Shown here: piece after piece, positions 59,564 through 64,000 of the stretch | How the letters are laid out: each line of letters opens with the position of its first letter | How positions within the stretch are numbered: position 1 is the first letter of the stretch | From: Octopus sinensis | Taxonomy: Eukaryota | Direction of reading: 5' to 3' | Length of the DNA stretch: 64,000 bases | Assembly (NCBI RefSeq): GCF_006345805.1 | Contig: NC_043003.1 | Coordinates: 3,534,001 to 3,598,000, forward strand | The notes under the pieces: model-generated | Told to the model about the DNA's origin: nothing | Seen by the model: only the letters and a program-made list of their open reading frames with translations | Databases searched by the model: none | Program-made: the position numbers and the translations under genes

Positions 59564-61200
59564 CAGAGGGTGCGGACAGTATTTGAGGACCCATGCAGTT
59601 TTAGTCATTACTAGCAATATCGCCTGGCGTTGCTCGGGTCTGTAAGGGAAATAACTATATAAGCATTTTTAGAGTTATAGCCAAAAAATAGCAAAAAAAT
59701 GCATAAAAAATGGAAAAAAAATGATGGTAAATTTTTTTTTAAATCGTTGACTCATCGTAGACATTTTTAGAGAGTTACTTCCCTTATATAATAGCGAAAA
59801 AATGCATTAAAATGGAAAAAAATGATGGTAAATTATTTTAAAAATCGTAGACTCATCATAGACGTGCTCTAATACCCAGAAGGGCTCGATATGAATCCCG
59901 ACTATAAGATACCCGGTTTTGGTTAAACTGCACCGCAAAATGTGGGAGTAGTTAGGAATCTAAATCGTAGGAGACAGACACAACCTCACTTTTATATATA
60001 AAGATTTTATTTGACTAATTTTTATTGAACTTCTATTTCAGAACATTACAATGACAGGCCCTATGCTTAGTAATGAAATGAAAAGCCATGCTGTGATTGT
60101 GGCTTTGAAGGTTAAGCATGGGGATTTAGAAATTTCTGCAAGATCGTTTGTCCACAAGATTTGGTGTGAGTCAGAGAAAGATGATCGAAGTATATTACCT
60201 GTATCAAAATGTAAAAAACATTCCAAACACTCTGATTCTATCAGGACACCTGAATTTATTCAGGAAGTTAAGCAAAACATTGAAGATAATCCAAGAAAAT
60301 CAATGAAGGTCAATTGCAAAAAAAATTGTATGTCAGAAAAAACAATCAGAAATGTTGTACATGAAGACATCAGACACAAGTGATACGGGATGAGGAGAGG
60401 TCATACGGGATGAGGAGAGGTCATATGGGATGAGGAGAGGTCAATCCATGTCAGAAGAAACAGAAGTAAACAGTTTAATCAGATCCAAAAGGGTTTTGAA
60501 CAAACTTAAAAATCCATCAGAAGATGGTGGGATTTGGTTTTTCTCAGATGGGAAAAATTTTGACCAGGAGAAACGACCTATGGCTATGTGCAGATCCTTC
60601 TGAGGTTCCACAACATTTCCTGAAAAATGTCATGGCTTTGGGTGTTGCTTAAGCAATGAAAGACATATGATGCCTCCTCACTTTTTTCCACAAGGCCTTA
60701 GGGTGAATGCTGCTGTGTATATTGAGTTTCTGGATGAAGTTGTTAAGCCTTGGATCAACAGTGTATGCAGCGGAAGGCCGTAAGTCTTTGAACAAGATTC
60801 TGCACCATCACACAAGGCTCAGATGACACAAGAATGGATGACAGACAATTTGCACGATCACATCATTCCCAACATTTGGTCTCCTAATTCTCCAGATCTC
60901 AATCCATTGGACTACTATCGATGGAATATCTTTGAGAAAAATGTCAATGAACACCTCCAATAGCAGCAAAGATTCTTTGAGAGCCACCATAGTTCGAGTC
61001 ATGTCCGATATGAACAAGGAACACTTTACCTAAGCTTGTCAGTGATCTCGACCCCACAGAGGTGCAGTTATTGATGCTCAGGGTGGTTTTATTGAGAGAA
61101 ATTATTAAATTGATAATTTAACTTTATGTTTAAGCTATTTTTTATAAAAATACAGTTTTTTTCTGTTATTATATAAGCGTTTTTTTAAACCCATAAATTT
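59564..61200 (+). mobile_element. DD37D (maT-type) Tc1/mariner transposon relic with a nested Helitron
   Basis: TA-CAGAGGGTG left end; QD-SAPSH..WSPNSPDLNPL-D with 37 residues between the last two Asp (60796-60912). Right TIR not found. Confidence 0.8.
59611..60004 (-). mobile_element. Non-autonomous Helitron, copy 3
   Basis: Same termini; interrupts the DD37D element about 47 bp from its left end. Confidence 0.85.
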
Positions 61201-61569
61201 GTGATCATGCTGGAGCACTGCCTTCAGTCAAGGAAATCAACTCAAGGGCTTATTCTTTGTAAGCCTAGTATATATATATTGAGATCATTGCGGCTCTATT
61301 TTTAGCGCAAGAGCGTCCATATAGTGGACCCTCTCTTATATTTGTGTATTAATTTTTACTGTATCCCAGTTTTTATGCGCTAAACCACTTGGTGTTAAAT
61401 TCATCATCATCATCATCATAACCATCGTTTAAAACGTCCGTTCTCCATGCTAGCATGGGTTGGACGGTCGAAACCGGGGATCTGGGAAGCCAGAAGGCTG
61501 CACCAGGCTCCAGTCTTATCTGGCAATGTTTCTACAAGCTGGATACCCTTCCTAACGCCAACCACTCCG

Positions 61570-62486
61570 TGAGTGTAGTGGTGCTTTTTACATGCCACCC
61601 GCACAGGTGCCAGGCGAGGCTGGCAACAGCCACGGTCGGATTGGTGCATTTTACGTGCCACCGGCACGGAAGCCAGTCGAGGCGGCGCTGGCATCGGCAA
61701 CGATTCGGATAGTGCTTTTTACGTACCACCAGTCCAGAGGTCCTGGCATCTGCCGGGTGCCATTCATAGGATTGGTTCAATTTCGATTCCGATTTCACTT
61801 GCCCCAACATGTCTTCGCAAGCAAAGGGGGTTGGCACGGGTGCCTGTCGTCGGATGAGGTTCGATATCGACTTCGCTTGCCTCAACAGGTCTTTGTGTCC
61901 AAGGGAGGAAAGGCATTCATAGGTGGGCTGGGCTCACTTGTCCTGATGTTATTAATTAATATCCAATTTTTTTCACCCTTATTTTTGATATATATATATA
62001 TATATTTATATATATATTATATATATAATATATATATAATATATATATATTATATAAAATATATATATATCAAAAATAAGGGTGAAAAAAATTGGATATT
62101 AATTAATACATCAGGACAAGTGAGCCCAGCCCACCTATGAATGCCTTTCCTCCCTTGGACACAAAGACCTGTTGAGGCAAGCGAAGTCGATATCGAACCT
62201 CATCCGACGACAGGCACCCGTGCCAACCCCTTTGCTTGCGAAGACATGTTGGGGCAAGTGAAATCGGAATCGAAATTGAACCAATCCTATGAATGGCACC
62301 CGGCAGATGCCAGGACCTCTGGACTGGTGGTACGTAAAAAGCACTATCCGAATCGTTGCCGATGCCAGCGCCGCCTCGACTGGCTTCCGTGCCGGTGGCA
62401 CGTAAAATGCACCAATCCGACCGTGGCTGTTGCCAGCCTCGCCTGGCACCTGTGCGGGTGGCATGTAAAAAGCACCACTACACTCA
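61570..62486. repeat. About 0.9 kb palindrome with a (TA)-rich centre
   Basis: 61570-61987 mirrors 62071-62486; differences seen are 1-nt indels. Confidence 0.92.
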
Positions 62487-62492
62487 TATATG

Positions 62493-62589
<97 letters not shown>

Positions 62590-62965
62590 GTAATATATAT
62601 ATATTTATATATGAGTTGTCTAAGAGACCATATGTCAGGGAGAAGATGCACTCGCATAACTGTTTGTAGAATGGGTATATTGTCTGAATTTATAGTGTTA
62701 ATTATCCCTCATGGCTGATCTTAGCAAAGTTTTCATGTGAAATCATATAATGGAGGGTTAGGCAACAAACCATTTATAGCGGAGAGTGGTTGCCATCTCC
62801 CCTTCCATGTTGGCTATCTCCGAATTAAAATATATAATATAAATTATATAATATATAAAATATAAAATATATAAATATATAAAATATAAAATATAAGATA
62901 TAAAATATAAAATATATAATATGCAAAATATAATATATAATATATATAATATATAATATATATAT
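62486..62965. repeat. (TA)n and (TATAAAA)n low-complexity tracts
   Basis: Read directly; a short unique stretch at about 62615-62825 separates them. Confidence 0.85.
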
Positions 62966-64000
62966 CATCATCATCATCATCATCATTTAGCGTCCGTTTT
63001 CCATGCTAGCATGGTTGGACGGTTCAACTGGGGTCTGGGGAGCCCGAAGCTGCACCAGGCCAGTCAGATCTGGCAGTGTTCTACAGCTGGATGCCCTTCC
63101 TAACGCCAACCACTCCGAGAGTGTAGTGGGTGATTTATGTGCCACCGACACAGGTGCCAGACGAGGCTGGCGAACGGCCACGCTCGATGGTGTTTTTATG
63201 TGCCACCGACACAGGTGCCAGACGAGCTGGCAGACGGCCACGCTCGGATGGTGTTTTTATGTGCCACCGACACAGGTGCCAGATGAGGCTGGCAGGTGCC
63301 AGACGAGGCTGGCAGACGGCCACGCTCGGATGGTGTTTTTATGTGCCACCGACACAGGTGCCAGATGAGGCTGGCGGACGGCCACGATCGGATGGTGTTT
63401 GTTACAGACGAGGCTGGCAGACGGCCACGCTCGGATGGTGTTTTTATGTGCCACCGACACAGGTGCCAGATGAGGCTGGCAGGTGCCAGACGAGGCTGGC
63501 AGACGGCCACGCTCGGATGGTGTTTTTATGTGCCACCGACACAGGTGCCAGATGAGGCTGGCGGACGGCCACGATCGGATGGTGTTTGTTACGTCCCCAA
63601 AGCACGGAGGCCAGTCTATGTGGTACTGGCTACGGCCACGTTCGGATGATTTTCTTGTGTGCCACCGCACTGGTACCACAAAGATACAAATTCCATTTAT
63701 GTTCATCTATTTTGATTTGTTTTGATTTGATTTGATTTGATTTTCACTTGCCTCAACAGGTCTTCACAAGTGTCACAAGAAGGAAGGTATGCACAGGTGG
63801 ACTGTCTACGTCGCCGGTCTTCGGATGGTGTCTTTATGTGCCACCGACACAGGTGCCAGATGTGGCTGGCGAACGGCCACGATCGGATGGTTTTCTTGTG
63901 TGCCACCGGTACTGGAACCACAAAGATACAAATTCCATTGATGTTCATCTATTTTGATTTGGTTTGATTTTCACTTGCCTCAACAGGTCTTCACAAGTGT
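62965..64000 (-). mobile_element. RTE 3'UTR element with an expanded VNTR, running off the window
   Basis: More than 10 TGTGCCACC-containing units, higher-order duplications, (CAT)n tail at 62965. Confidence 0.85.

Overview
Eukaryotic, AT-rich, extremely repeat-dense DNA. The SINE/LINE repertoire looks like an octopod cephalopod (inference). Two host genes lie on the minus strand: (1) the 5' part of NEK8, nine coding exons rebuilt by hand (ATG 31148, 1083 nt = 361 codons, complete NIMA kinase domain plus the start of the RCC1-like domain, continuing past position 1); (2) about 5.4 kb upstream, a core-2/I-branching beta-1,6-GlcNAc-transferase (GCNT family, 452 aa) with a single coding exon. 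Almost everything else is mobile DNA: RTE LINE 3' ends with internal VNTRs, three tRNA-headed SINE families, CR1/L2-group, Tx1, R4/Dong-like and Penelope retroelements, mariner and DD37D transposons, three copies of a non-autonomous Helitron, foldback elements and microsatellites. Best leads: a U12-type (minor spliceosome) intron in NEK8; a near full-length U2 snRNA copy fused to the 3' tail of a LINE also present in the window; four hammerhead-ribozyme motifs in short CT-rich Penelope-like elements; a young Penelope whose 3' region has a CRE/CCAAT array, TATA, a small predicted intron and a decayed hammerhead, pointing at the GCNT gene; and a Tx1 LINE embedded in (TATC)n. No database searches were run. 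Family names and comparisons to human NEK8 come from recalled motifs, and repeat boundaries are approximate.
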